Of a stretch of 64,000 nt of DNA, positions 46,821 to 58,546 are shown piece by piece. The DNA lies in contig CAVOJZ010000002.1 in assembly GCA_963696395.1 (NCBI GenBank), forward strand, positions 70,433 through 134,432. The letters are read 5' to 3'. Position 1 is the stretch's first letter. Every line of letters begins with the position of its first letter. The notes under the pieces were generated by a model that saw nothing but the letters and a program-made list of their open reading frames with translations, ran no database searches and was not told where the DNA came from. A program made the translations under genes and the position numbers. This DNA comes from an uncultured bacterium. GTDB taxonomy: Bacteria > Patescibacteriota > Minisyncoccia > UBA6257 > 2-01-FULL-56-20.

Positions 46821-49223
46821 CTAACGCTTCGGTCCGTCAATGGAATGGCCCCCAAAACGATTACGGAGAGCTGATAAAATTTTTCCTACATAACTCGGCT
46901 TCCGGTTGGATTGCACGCGGAACTTAAAAGAATCTTCGATTGCCGGAAGTTCCAGGTTCCATTTTTTACCCGTCTTTACCGTCCACTCTCCCTCGCCGGT
47001 GTACGCAACCGACCCCGAAACCCTGCCAAGATCCTGCCCGTAAAGCTTAAAGGCGTCCTCTAGCCACCCCACAAGGCGCGACTCAATGACGCTGCCGCGA
47101 TTATAAACATTTGCGATTTTTTCGAGGTCGAGCTTGAACGGCGATTTTTTCATGAGAGCAAACCCTTCTGCAAGTGACTGCATCATGCCGTATTCAATCC
47201 CGTTGTGCACCATTTTCACAAAGTGTCCGGATCCGGCAGCACCGAAATGCGAATAACCATGGGGAACGGAAAGATCCGCGAATAACGGTTCAAGCCGGTC
47301 AAATATTTTTTTGTCGCCGCCGATCATCAGGGAGCCTCCGTTACGCGCCCCGGCCGGACCGCCGGAAAATCCGACATCCACAAAATGAATTCCCTTCTTT
47401 TCCAACAATTTTGCGCGGCGGACGGTATCTTCGTAAAAGGAATTCGCCGCATCGATCACGAAATCACCCTTTCGCAGATGCGGCACAAGCGTTTCTAAAA
47501 ATTCATCGATCCCCTTCCCTGCGGTTATCATCATCCAAATAATACGCGGCGAGTGCAGCTTGGACACAAGGTCCTCAGGAGAAGACGCCGTTTCAAATCC
47601 TTCTTTTCCCATCTCGACGACCGAAGGTTGTGACCGGTTTGAGACAATGACCCTCCATCCATGATCTTTCAACTGGCGCGCGACGTTCGCGCCCATCTTA
47701 CCGAGCCCGAATATGCCAATTTCTTTTTTTATCGTTTGCGGAACCGGCCTGTCCTCAAGCAAAACTTCCGCCTCTTTAATGATTGCCGGATGATCTGGCA
47801 CGTAATATCTGAGTGGCACAAGATCTTTCTGCCAGCCTTTTATAATCGGATCGATAAATCGCCACATGGCGATAATCTCGTCGCTTGAAATGAAAAGCGT
47901 CTGGTCGCCCTCCATGCAATCAAGCAGCAATTTTTCATATTCCTCGGTATATTGCGCCTTATGCTCACCTCCCCGAAGATTAAATTCGAACGTTCTTTCC
48001 TCGATTTCCATTTTGAAACCCGGCTTTTTTGACCAGAAATGGATCGTGATACCTTCGTGCGGATCCTGGCGAAAAACAACTGAGTCCCGATAGTGTTTGC
48101 CGGGCGGGCAAAGACATGGTGATGGATGGCGGAAAATCACTTCGATTTCCGTCACTTCACCGGCGTCACGCGCGGAGAGAAGCCGCTTGCCCGCTTCCAT
48201 AATAAATTCAACGCCTTCCCAATTCGGATCCTCAATCGAAAATCGCGCACGGAAGTAGGTTTCTGTCTTGGAATTCGGCGCAACGCCTTTGATGGATTTA
48301 TATCCTTCGTATTGCGCACGGAATGTCTGAACCGCCACTTCCTCGCGAGAAAGAGGCTTCAAAGACTTCAATATTCGCGCGCGACTTTCGCGGATCGCCT
48401 TCGCGCTCAAATCCTTCGGCTGGCTCATCGTCGTGAGAGCAACCATCTGCAGCATATGATTCTGACCAACATCCCGCAGGGCGCCAAGCGGATCGTAAAA
48501 CGGTCCGCGATCTTCGACGCCAACATTCTCAAGTTCGCGAACATACACCTTCTCTATTAATTCCTTGCCCCAGCCGTTTTCGAAAAGATTATTATAAAAC
48601 CGAAACGCGAGGACATTCTGGAAAGTCTCTTTTGCAAGATAATGGTCGATGCGATAGATTTGGTCCTCCTCGAAAATTTTTGCCAGTTTTGCGTCCAGCT
48701 GCTTTGCGCTCTTTTCATCGTTCCCGAAGGGTTTTTCGACAACGATACGGGTCCAGCCCTCTCCTTGTCCGCCCGGCGCACATTCTTCGTGCAAACCAGC
48801 CTTCTTCATGTTGTCCAAAATTTCCGCATAATATTGCGGCGGAACGGAAAGATAAAAAAGCTTGTTCGAACACATCCCTTTCTCGTCGTCGATTTTTTTC
48901 AGCGCATCCTTCAATGCGGCATAATCATCCTGTGATTGAAATGTCAGCTTGTGATAAATTGCCAATTGCAGAAATGCATCCACCGAAGCTCTTGCTGCAT
49001 GAGGCGCTTTTACGCTCAAAATGGCTTCCATATGCCGGCGAAGATCCTCGTCCTCCCAATCGCGCCGGGAGACACCGATAAACTGAAAATGAGGAGGTAA
49101 TGCTTTTTTTTCGTATAAATTAAAAAGGGCCGGAACGATTTTTTTTGTCATCAAATCTCCCGTTGCTCCAAGAACAACAAAGATGGTCGGGGCAAAATGC
49201 TTTTGATTTTCGATTGAAGCCAT
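46821..49223 (-). CDS. zwf-gnd: Fused glucose-6-phosphate dehydrogenase + 6-phosphogluconate dehydrogenase
   Basis: GATGDL, EKPFG, RIDHYLAK followed by GLGKMG, VKMVHNGIEYG, RNRFGGH in one ORF. Confidence 0.92.
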   Translation of the reverse strand: MASIENQKHFAPTIFVVLGATGDLMTKKIVPALFNLYEKKALPPHFQFIGVSRRDWEDEDLRRHMEAILSVKAPHAARASVDAFLQLAIYHKLTFQSQDDYAALKDALKKIDDEKGMCSNKLFYLSVPPQYYAEILDNMKKAGLHEECAPGGQGEGWTRIVVEKPFGNDEKSAKQLDAKLAKIFEEDQIYRIDHYLAKETFQNVLAFRFYNNLFENGWGKELIEKVYVRELENVGVEDRGPFYDPLGALRDVGQNHMLQMVALTTMSQPKDLSAKAIRESRARILKSLKPLSREEVAVQTFRAQYEGYKSIKGVAPNSKTETYFRARFSIEDPNWEGVEFIMEAGKRLLSARDAGEVTEIEVIFRHPSPCLCPPGKHYRDSVVFRQDPHEGITIHFWSKKPGFKMEIEERTFEFNLRGGEHKAQYTEEYEKLLLDCMEGDQTLFISSDEIIAMWRFIDPIIKGWQKDLVPLRYYVPDHPAIIKEAEVLLEDRPVPQTIKKEIGIFGLGKMGANVARQLKDHGWRVIVSNRSQPSVVEMGKEGFETASSPEDLVSKLHSPRIIWMMITAGKGIDEFLETLVPHLRKGDFVIDAANSFYEDTVRRAKLLEKKGIHFVDVGFSGGPAGARNGGSLMIGGDKKIFDRLEPLFADLSVPHGYSHFGAAGSGHFVKMVHNGIEYGMMQSLAEGFALMKKSPFKLDLEKIANVYNRGSVIESRLVGWLEDAFKLYGQDLGRVSGSVAYTGEGEWTVKTGKKWNLELPAIEDSFKFRVQSNRKPSYVGKILSALRNRFGGHSIDGPKR

Positions 49224-49282
49224 GTTTCTATAGTATCTCATGAAAATAAAAAGCGGGGCAATGGGCGCTTTGAAACCGCTTT

Positions 49283-49954
49283 TTATCCTTCTATTTTATA
49301 ACCATAACCATGTACTGTTTTGAGCAATTTTTTCTTCCGCCCCTCATCAATCTTCACGCGCAAAAAGCGGATATGGACATCTACGGTATTCGTGAACGGA
49401 TCGGCATTAATATCCCATACATGTTCGAGAATCATATTACGAGTGAGCGTGGTGCCTTGGTTCCTCACAAGATATTCAAGAAGGGCAAATTCCTTTTTGT
49501 TGAGCTGCAAAGGCCTGCCATTGCGGGTTACGGTGTGAGTGATGGTATCCATTTCGAGGTCGGCAATTTTCATGACAGAACCAACGATCGTTTTTTCCCG
49601 CCGCAAAAGCGCCCGCATCCTTGCGGTAAGCTCCGCGAGCGAAAAAGGTTTTGCGAGATAATCGTCGGCTCCAAGATTCAATGCCTCAACTTTCGTTGAT
49701 GTATCTTTAACGATGGAAAGCATGATGATCGGATAGGTCCGTCCCCTCTCCCGAATGGCTTTGCAAATGTCGAGGCCATTGCCCGACCGGCCAAGATTGA
49801 TATCGAGAATGGCGATGTCGTAAGGGTTCGTTTTCGCCCAAAATACCGCCTTTTCAAATTGATCGGTCCAATCCACGGCAAAATGTTCCGCCCGGAGGCC
49901 GGTCAAAATGAAGGACGCCATCTTTGACTCATCTTCAACTAAAAGGGCACGCAT
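49283..49954 (-). CDS. OmpR/PhoB-family response regulator
   Basis: LLVED, LDINL, GADDYLAKPF, VDVHIRFLR, TVHGYGY. Confidence 0.93.
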   Translation of the reverse strand: MRALLVEDESKMASFILTGLRAEHFAVDWTDQFEKAVFWAKTNPYDIAILDINLGRSGNGLDICKAIRERGRTYPIIMLSIVKDTSTKVEALNLGADDYLAKPFSLAELTARMRALLRREKTIVGSVMKIADLEMDTITHTVTRNGRPLQLNKKEFALLEYLVRNQGTTLTRNMILEHVWDINADPFTNTVDVHIRFLRVKIDEGRKKKLLKTVHGYGYKIEG

Positions 49955-50016
49955 ATCACCATGATACCGTCCCGACATTAAAAAATTATTAAATCCCTGG
50001 ACGGTTATCCACAAGC

Positions 50017-50508
50017 CTATTGCGCTGGCGTGGACGAAACCGAAAGCAACTGAACCGTAAAGTGAAGCGTGGAATTCGGGGGAATTGAGCCCTGGCCGGA
50101 TGACCCATAAGCGAGCTCAGGAGGAATAGTGAGCTCTCGCGTGCCGCCAACTTTCATACCAATGAGACCAAGATCCCATCCCTGAATAACCTGATTCACG
50201 CCGAGGATAAAAGAAAACGGCTGGTTGCCGTGAAGCGATGAGGCGTCGAAGACGGTTCCGTTATCGAATTTTCCGGTATATAAAACACTTACAGTGTCTC
50301 CTGCCGCTGCCGCCGTTCCGGTACCGACGACCGTATCAACGATTTTTAGATTTTGCATGGCTTGTGATTGCGATTGTTCCGCCGCAGTGCCCTGATCGAC
50401 CGCTGACTGCTCACTCTGCTGAGTTATTTGATTGCTATACCACGTTCCGAGACCGATAAGACCGGCCGCAATGACCACGAACACCACGACAAGAATTGTT
50501 TTTTTCAT
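50017..50508 (-). CDS. Membrane-anchored FKBP peptidyl-prolyl isomerase
   Basis: YTGKF..G.VFDAS, VIQGWD.G, IPPELAYG. Confidence 0.94.
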   Translation of the reverse strand: MKKTILVVVFVVIAAGLIGLGTWYSNQITQQSEQSAVDQGTAAEQSQSQAMQNLKIVDTVVGTGTAAAAGDTVSVLYTGKFDNGTVFDASSLHGNQPFSFILGVNQVIQGWDLGLIGMKVGGTRELTIPPELAYGSSGQGSIPPNSTLHFTVQLLSVSSTPAQ

Positions 50509-50528
50509 AAAACTTATTGTAGCACGCC

Positions 50529-50846
50529 TTATGAAATTTTCGAACCGGGCGGAACCGCCCCTGAAGGCAAAAGAAGCACCGGTTCTCCCTCGCCCCCGTG
50601 CGCCGCAAGCAGCATCCCTTGGCTTTCAAGGCCCATCATCATCCGAGGCTCAAGGTTTGCTATCACAACGACGTCTTTCCCAATGAGGTCTTCGGGTGAG
50701 TAATGTTTCGCAATGCCGGAAACTATCTGGCGCGGTTCACCGATATCTATGTTTAATTTTAATAACTTCTCCGAGCCTTCCACCCGCTCCGCTGCGACAA
50801 TCTTACCCACACGCAAATCTGATTTTTGGAATTCCTCAAGGGTCAT
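50529..50846 (-). CDS. tRNA-binding OB-fold protein (MetRS C-terminal/Trbp111/CsaA-like)
   Basis: DLRVGKI, RQIVSGI, NLEPRMMMGLESQGMLL. Confidence 0.92.
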   Translation of the reverse strand: MTLEEFQKSDLRVGKIVAAERVEGSEKLLKLNIDIGEPRQIVSGIAKHYSPEDLIGKDVVVIANLEPRMMMGLESQGMLLAAHGGEGEPVLLLPSGAVPPGSKIS

Positions 50847-51733
50847 GGAACTACGATATCAGAATTGCCGGACAAGTCCACTTTTACCTTGCCTGAAGAT
50901 GAACCCGAACCGGAGCCAGGGTCGAAATCCGAATTCGAACTCGACTGGTATCGGGGCGGCTTTATCGGCGGAAGAATGATTGTCCCGTGCTGAAATATTC
51001 TCGTGCCCGTTCCGTTTCTGATATTTTTCGGAAGGATGATGATGGTTGTACTTGCAACCACATTCACCGAACCGCTTGCGACAACAGTCTCCCCGGCGTC
51101 CGTGCCGCAACGATCCTGGAGGCGTTTTAGTAAAGTTGGATTATTTGATAACTCAAATGTTGCTTGCGCGGATCTCAACACGATCGATGTAACCTGGTTG
51201 CAGTCGCTATTCGCGTTGAGGGTGGCCGATGTTCCCATATCGAAATGCTGGCCGGAAACCGTCTCACTCGAGGTCGCGCTCTCACTTTCGACATGCCCCA
51301 ATGAGCTACTCACGTCGTTCACGAAGTCGGCCGACAATCCGGCAATGAGGGTGCTTGATGGTTTTCGCGTTGCGAGATCCTGAATTTCGTTCGCGCGGCG
51401 GACGGCGAGCGTCGCTTCAAGCTGCGCCTGATCGTCAGTTGGCGTGAGCGCAAGACGGACATTTTCACTCAACCGTTTCAATGGATAAAGCGGGCTATCC
51501 GCAGGCACGTTTGCCGTATCGGCGTATGCAGAGACGCTCATCATCACAGCGACAAATGCCCCGGCCACAATAAATCCTTTTGCCCATCCCGCCATACGGC
51601 TCTTAACTTCTGCTTTTCCACGGACCCCATAATGCGCATCAAAAGCCGCCAAAAAACGTTCTTTGGCTTTCTCTGTAAATTGCTTCCGTGGGGGCGGTAA
51701 CAATGGTGATTTTTTAAATGAATTAAGGCTCAT
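50843..51733 (-). CDS. DUF5667 membrane protein, probable anti-sigma
   Basis: TM then P.DSPLYPLKRLSENVRLALT; follows an ECF sigma gene. Confidence 0.72.
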   Translation of the reverse strand: MSLNSFKKSPLLPPPRKQFTEKAKERFLAAFDAHYGVRGKAEVKSRMAGWAKGFIVAGAFVAVMMSVSAYADTANVPADSPLYPLKRLSENVRLALTPTDDQAQLEATLAVRRANEIQDLATRKPSSTLIAGLSADFVNDVSSSLGHVESESATSSETVSGQHFDMGTSATLNANSDCNQVTSIVLRSAQATFELSNNPTLLKRLQDRCGTDAGETVVASGSVNVVASTTIIILPKNIRNGTGTRIFQHGTIILPPIKPPRYQSSSNSDFDPGSGSGSSSGKVKVDLSGNSDIVVP

Positions 51734-51771
51734 GGCGGTAAAAGTTCAGATCTGGATTTTTTAAATGTTTT

Positions 51772-52329
51772 TTAAGCACGGCTAAATTCTTTTTTTATTT
51801 TTTCTTTCACTCTCAGGACCGCAACCCGCAATGACCCCTCGGATCGTTCGAGCATAACGGCAATTTCCTTATACGGCATTTCTGCGAGATAACGCAACTC
51901 GAAAAGCTGCTTTTCATCGTCGCTCAACGTCTTCAGAAAACCGGTAAGCTTATCGTACTGTAGTTTATGGTCGAAATCCGGAGTCTCCTCGACCGCCATC
52001 GCCGCCACCGTTTCATCCTCGAAACTTGAAAATGGCGTTTCCTTCTTCTCGCGATAATGATCAATGAGAACATTCCGAACCATCTGCCAGAACCACACGG
52101 TAAACCTTCCGCGTTTTTCGTCGAAACTCTCAACTTTTTCGACAAGCTTCAGGAAGATATCCTGGGAAAGATCTTCAGCAACTTCGCGCTTTCCGGTTCT
52201 CGAGAAAATAAACCCAAAGACTTTGGGCATAAGATCATCGTAAAGCTCCGACGCCGCCCCACGGTCGCCCTTCTTCATTTTGAGGGCAAGTGAGGTTAAA
52301 TGGTCTCTTTTGCTGATATTGAATTCCAT
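51772..52329 (-). CDS. ECF sigma factor
   Basis: AEDLSQDIFLK, FTVWFWQMVRN, YKEIAVML. Confidence 0.9.
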   Translation of the reverse strand: MEFNISKRDHLTSLALKMKKGDRGAASELYDDLMPKVFGFIFSRTGKREVAEDLSQDIFLKLVEKVESFDEKRGRFTVWFWQMVRNVLIDHYREKKETPFSSFEDETVAAMAVEETPDFDHKLQYDKLTGFLKTLSDDEKQLFELRYLAEMPYKEIAVMLERSEGSLRVAVLRVKEKIKKEFSRA

Positions 52330-52541
52330 AAGTGTTTACGATCAGGTCTGTTTATTGTTACTACGCCGCAGTTTCCGCATTTTTCACACGGTATTACATA
52401 TAACGTTATCTTAAAAGCTAAGTTTCGGAAAGTTTTTTCCACACCTGTGCAGTGAGTTTTATTGCACCCATTAAGCGAGGAAAAATAAGGCTTGGATGAA
52501 TCCAACTCTGAATTTCTTTCACAATTTATCCCGAGGTAATC

Positions 52542-55217
<2,676 letters not shown>

Positions 55218-55269
55218 GGTTTTATAAGCTCTAGGATTATATTGCTTTTCACGCAAAATTTCCAGTGAA

Positions 55270-55305
55270 AACAAAATGCCCCGGAGTGATCCGGGGCATT
55301 TTGTT
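55270..55305 (-). terminator. 16-bp perfect hairpin terminator
   Basis: aacaaaatgccccgga-gtga-tccggggcattttgtt. Confidence 0.8.
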
Positions 55306-55314
55306 CAAGCGATA

Positions 55315-55386
55315 CTATCTGCGCTTGCTCTTCTTCGCTGTCTTCCGCTTTGCTGTCTTCTTCTTCGCTTTTTTCTTTGCAGCCAT
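55315..55386 (-). CDS. 23-aa Lys-rich peptide MAAKKKAKKKTAKRKTAKKSKRR (below the ORF track cut-off)
   Basis: Hand translation; own TATACT promoter at 55488-55493, A-rich leader and immediate terminator. Confidence 0.75.
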   Translation of the reverse strand: MAAKKKAKKKTAKRKTAKKSKRR

Positions 55387-55538
55387 TTCTTTTTTTATTT
55401 TTTGATTTGTGATTAGGTTGCCGACCACCCTAATGCATTTTCAAACCGGGCACACGGCCTCGCAGTTCGAAAATTTATCTTATCTTCAGTATATACAATC
55501 GCGACGCGGTCCGACTGTGGATAAGTCTTGATCGGAAT

Positions 55539-55874
55539 CTATTTTCGATTCGAGCGGCGCGGATCAACACGCTTCGTTTTATATTTTTCTATCTCAAGAC
55601 GAAGCGTATCTTTGACCTGATCAATCGCGGTGCGGATATCGTCGGCATATTCTTCGGCCCGAATTATTTTTTTGGGCAAGCGCAAGTCTGCAGCGGCAAA
55701 ATAAACTTCCCCCTTCCGCTGACGACGCGTCGTGCGCGAAATTTCGATCCAGATTTCCGCTTCGCCGGCTTCGTCGAGGCCTTTGATGAATTTTGCGAGC
55801 GGTGCCAGCTTTTCCTCGACGTAGTTTTCGAGCGACGGCGTGCGGTCAACAGTTTTTGTTATGGTTATTTTCAT
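55539..55874 (-). CDS. raiA: Ribosome hibernation factor HPF/RaiA
   Basis: TPSLENYVEEKL, IRAEEYADDIRTAID. Confidence 0.88.
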   Translation of the reverse strand: MKITITKTVDRTPSLENYVEEKLAPLAKFIKGLDEAGEAEIWIEISRTTRRQRKGEVYFAAADLRLPKKIIRAEEYADDIRTAIDQVKDTLRLEIEKYKTKRVDPRRSNRK

Positions 55875-55878
55875 GGGT

Positions 55879-56850
55879 TTATATAGTTTGGACCTCTTCT
55901 TCTAATTGTACACCAAATCTCCTCCAAACTTCCGCTTTCGCGAGCTCGATAAGAGTTTTTACGTCATTCGCATTGGCGTCGAGAACGTTGACGATAAAAT
56001 TGGGGTGCTTTGGTGAGATCATCGCACCGCCGAAACTCACACCGCGGAGACCCGACTCCCCGATGAGCTTCGCCGCTGAGATCACCGGAAACGGATCGGT
56101 CTTGATTGAAAATTGTGAACCGCGGAAACTGACGGTTGCGGCTGCGAGCGCCTTGCGATAAGACGCGCCTCCTTTTTTATGGATACGCTCAAGCGGAACA
56201 TTTTTGAACGTGCTCCCGATATTCGGATGTTCGAGCGGATGGCTTCTTTTCCGATGGGCAATTTTTTCCCTGGCGGCAACGGTGATTTCTTTTTTATTTC
56301 CTTTTGTAAAATGCAAAATCGTATCCAACACTATCTCGCGGCCGTTTTTCTTTTTGAAAACGCTCTCACGATATGCAAAGCCGCATTGCGGCGCCCGGCG
56401 TTTAACGATCTTCATGGTCTTGGTATCAAGGCTTCGGACTGAAACAATCACATCTTTCATCTCACCGCCAAAGCAACCCGCATTCCCACGGATAGCGCCG
56501 CCGACCGTTCCGGGCAGGCCACCGGCCCACTCAACCCCTTTTAGCGATTTTTTCGCCGCGAATTCCAGAAGGTCCGCCATCAAAACGCCTGCGCCAACTT
56601 GCACGAACCCCCCCTTCGCTTTCATGGTTCTCATGTCCGGGCGTAACACCAGCCCGTCAAATCCTTTATCACTAATGAGCAAATTCGTGCCGCCAGAAAG
56701 AATAAAAATCCTTAATTTCCGCTTTTTTGCCTCTCGCACTGCCCAGGTAAGGTCCTTTTCGCTTTTTGCATTGAAAAAGAAACTGGCCGGGCCGCCGATT
56801 TTATAATGACTGTACTTCGCAAGTGAGATATTTTCCTTGAATTTCGGCAT
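55879..56850 (-). CDS. murB: UDP-N-acetylenolpyruvoylglucosamine reductase
   Basis: YKIGGPA, GGTNLL, PGTVGGAIRGNAG, GSTFKN, KHPNFIVN, LEEEV. Confidence 0.95.
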   Translation of the reverse strand: MPKFKENISLAKYSHYKIGGPASFFFNAKSEKDLTWAVREAKKRKLRIFILSGGTNLLISDKGFDGLVLRPDMRTMKAKGGFVQVGAGVLMADLLEFAAKKSLKGVEWAGGLPGTVGGAIRGNAGCFGGEMKDVIVSVRSLDTKTMKIVKRRAPQCGFAYRESVFKKKNGREIVLDTILHFTKGNKKEITVAAREKIAHRKRSHPLEHPNIGSTFKNVPLERIHKKGGASYRKALAAATVSFRGSQFSIKTDPFPVISAAKLIGESGLRGVSFGGAMISPKHPNFIVNVLDANANDVKTLIELAKAEVWRRFGVQLEEEVQTI

Positions 56851-56869
56851 GGCATAATGGCTGGCAAGA

Positions 56870-57139
56870 ACAAAAACAGCCGCTCCGCCCAAGACTTATC
56901 GTTCGAGACTACACGAAAAGTGCTGGGCGGAGCGGCTGTGGTGACCTCCAGTTCTATTTGATTTGAACGAGTGCTCTTCAGCTGCTCCATGATCAGTATA
57001 GCAAAGGAGTGGGAAATAATCGATCTTTAAAACTAAAATCCCCCTTGCGGGGGTTTTAGCCAAATAGAACTGTGTGGGATATGCCTCAGTCGATATCATC
57101 GTTGAGGTATACTCGCACCCATTCGAGAGCATTATAGCA
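56870..57139 (-). other. Structured intergenic region with two promoter-terminator units
   Basis: TGCTATAAT (57139-57131) and TGCTATACT (57003-56995); hairpins at 57033-57059 and 56876-56939, each with a U-tract. Confidence 0.5.
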
Positions 57140-57161
57140 GAATGCTTCCAAAAACGCAAGC

Positions 57162-57773
57162 TTAGTTCTGCTTTTTGAACACCCAATATTTATATCCGAA
57201 GAAGTCCCATAGGAACGACGCCGCTACACCGCCAAGCGGGGCGACGATATTCACCCACACATGCGAAGCTGGACCGGCAGATTTTACAAGCGTTGCAACG
57301 CCGACATTCAAAGCCCATCCGACGAGAGCGACGCCGTAAAATGCGGTCACCTCCCCCGCCTTCGGTTTTTCCTGAGCACCAAACGTCCAATATTTATTCC
57401 ACACAAAGCTGTTCGTCGTTGCACATACGAATGAGATCGCCTTGAAAAGCGCGAATAAACCGTTTCCTATTATTGACGATCCGTAGAAGAACGTCTCCAG
57501 ATTGAAAACGCCAAGGTCGATAAAACTATTCAAGGTTCCGACTGCGGCAAACTGTGCGAATTGGTAGATACCCGCTAACCATCGTGTGAGCAATCTCGCA
57601 ATATAAAGCGCGAGTGGCGCGAGCACGAGGAAAAAGACGAACACCCCAAGCCTCGCGGTAAGCGTCAGATACGCAAGATAATGCGCCGGAACATTGTTCG
57701 CGAGGATCGGCTGAATGAGCAAGCCAACCCCGCCGCCGATGATAAACGCCGCCTTAAGATCACCGCGGCTCAT
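57162..57773 (-). CDS. GtrA-family membrane protein
   Basis: QFAAVGTLNSFID, NSFVWNKYWTF, GYKYWVF. Confidence 0.88.
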   Translation of the reverse strand: MSRGDLKAAFIIGGGVGLLIQPILANNVPAHYLAYLTLTARLGVFVFFLVLAPLALYIARLLTRWLAGIYQFAQFAAVGTLNSFIDLGVFNLETFFYGSSIIGNGLFALFKAISFVCATTNSFVWNKYWTFGAQEKPKAGEVTAFYGVALVGWALNVGVATLVKSAGPASHVWVNIVAPLGGVAASFLWDFFGYKYWVFKKQN

Positions 57774-58531
57774 TATTGAAGAGCGTAGGTTATCGTCACA
57801 TTGTCGGTGATATCCTGAGAGCCCGGCTGGATATTCGGCGAAACCATCGCGACACTCGGGGACGCACCGCCGGCTGAAGCCATGTTGTAGGATGGGAACG
57901 GAAGCGGAACGTTGCTGTTTTCGGAAAGGCTCACAACGGCACCGAGGCTAACTCCTGCTTCCGACGCCATTTCCATCGCCTTTGCTTTTGCCTTTGCAAT
58001 CGCATCGGCACGCGCCGGCCCAACCACCGCATCCTGATCGTTGAATGTAAAGGTTACGCCGCCAATTTGATTCACGCCAAGCGGCGCAAGACCTCCGAGA
58101 ATCGTGGCGACCTTCGAAAGGTCGTGGATTTTAATGGTCACGGTCTGCGTCAGCGTGTATCCAGTGGCATATTGCCGGCCGGTCACATTGTCGTACTGGT
58201 AATTCGGAGAAAGGTCATAAGCGGTCGTAGCTGTATCGCTTGCTGCGATCCCCTGCGCCGCAACGAATTGTAAAACTGCGTTCATCTTACTTGTATTGTT
58301 CGTGCTCAAAATATCCGGACTGGCTCCCTGCGAAACAACCGAGAACGAAACAATGGCGAGATCCGGCGTCGCCGTCGTCTTCCCTTCAGCACTCACCGTT
58401 ATCGTTTGTGATGGCGGATATGACGCACGTAGCGCCATAAATGCGGGAATACCGAAGAAAACAGCACTGATAATCACGACCACCAACAGCACATCGAGCA
58501 AAACCCAGAAATAAAACTTTTCTTTGTTCAT
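57773..58531 (-). CDS. SIMPL/DUF541 protein
   Basis: ITVSAEGK..PDLA, AKAKA..MA..GV.LG, PGSQDI..VTITY. Confidence 0.9.
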   Translation of the reverse strand: MNKEKFYFWVLLDVLLVVVIISAVFFGIPAFMALRASYPPSQTITVSAEGKTTATPDLAIVSFSVVSQGASPDILSTNNTSKMNAVLQFVAAQGIAASDTATTAYDLSPNYQYDNVTGRQYATGYTLTQTVTIKIHDLSKVATILGGLAPLGVNQIGGVTFTFNDQDAVVGPARADAIAKAKAKAMEMASEAGVSLGAVVSLSENSNVPLPFPSYNMASAGGASPSVAMVSPNIQPGSQDITDNVTITYALQ

Positions 58532-58546
58532 AATGTATTTTGTTAA

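Noticed and set aside
56712-57186. 92-aa and 96-aa ORFs upstream of murB
   Set aside because: They cross strong terminator hairpins or overlap murB out of frame, and have no protein motif
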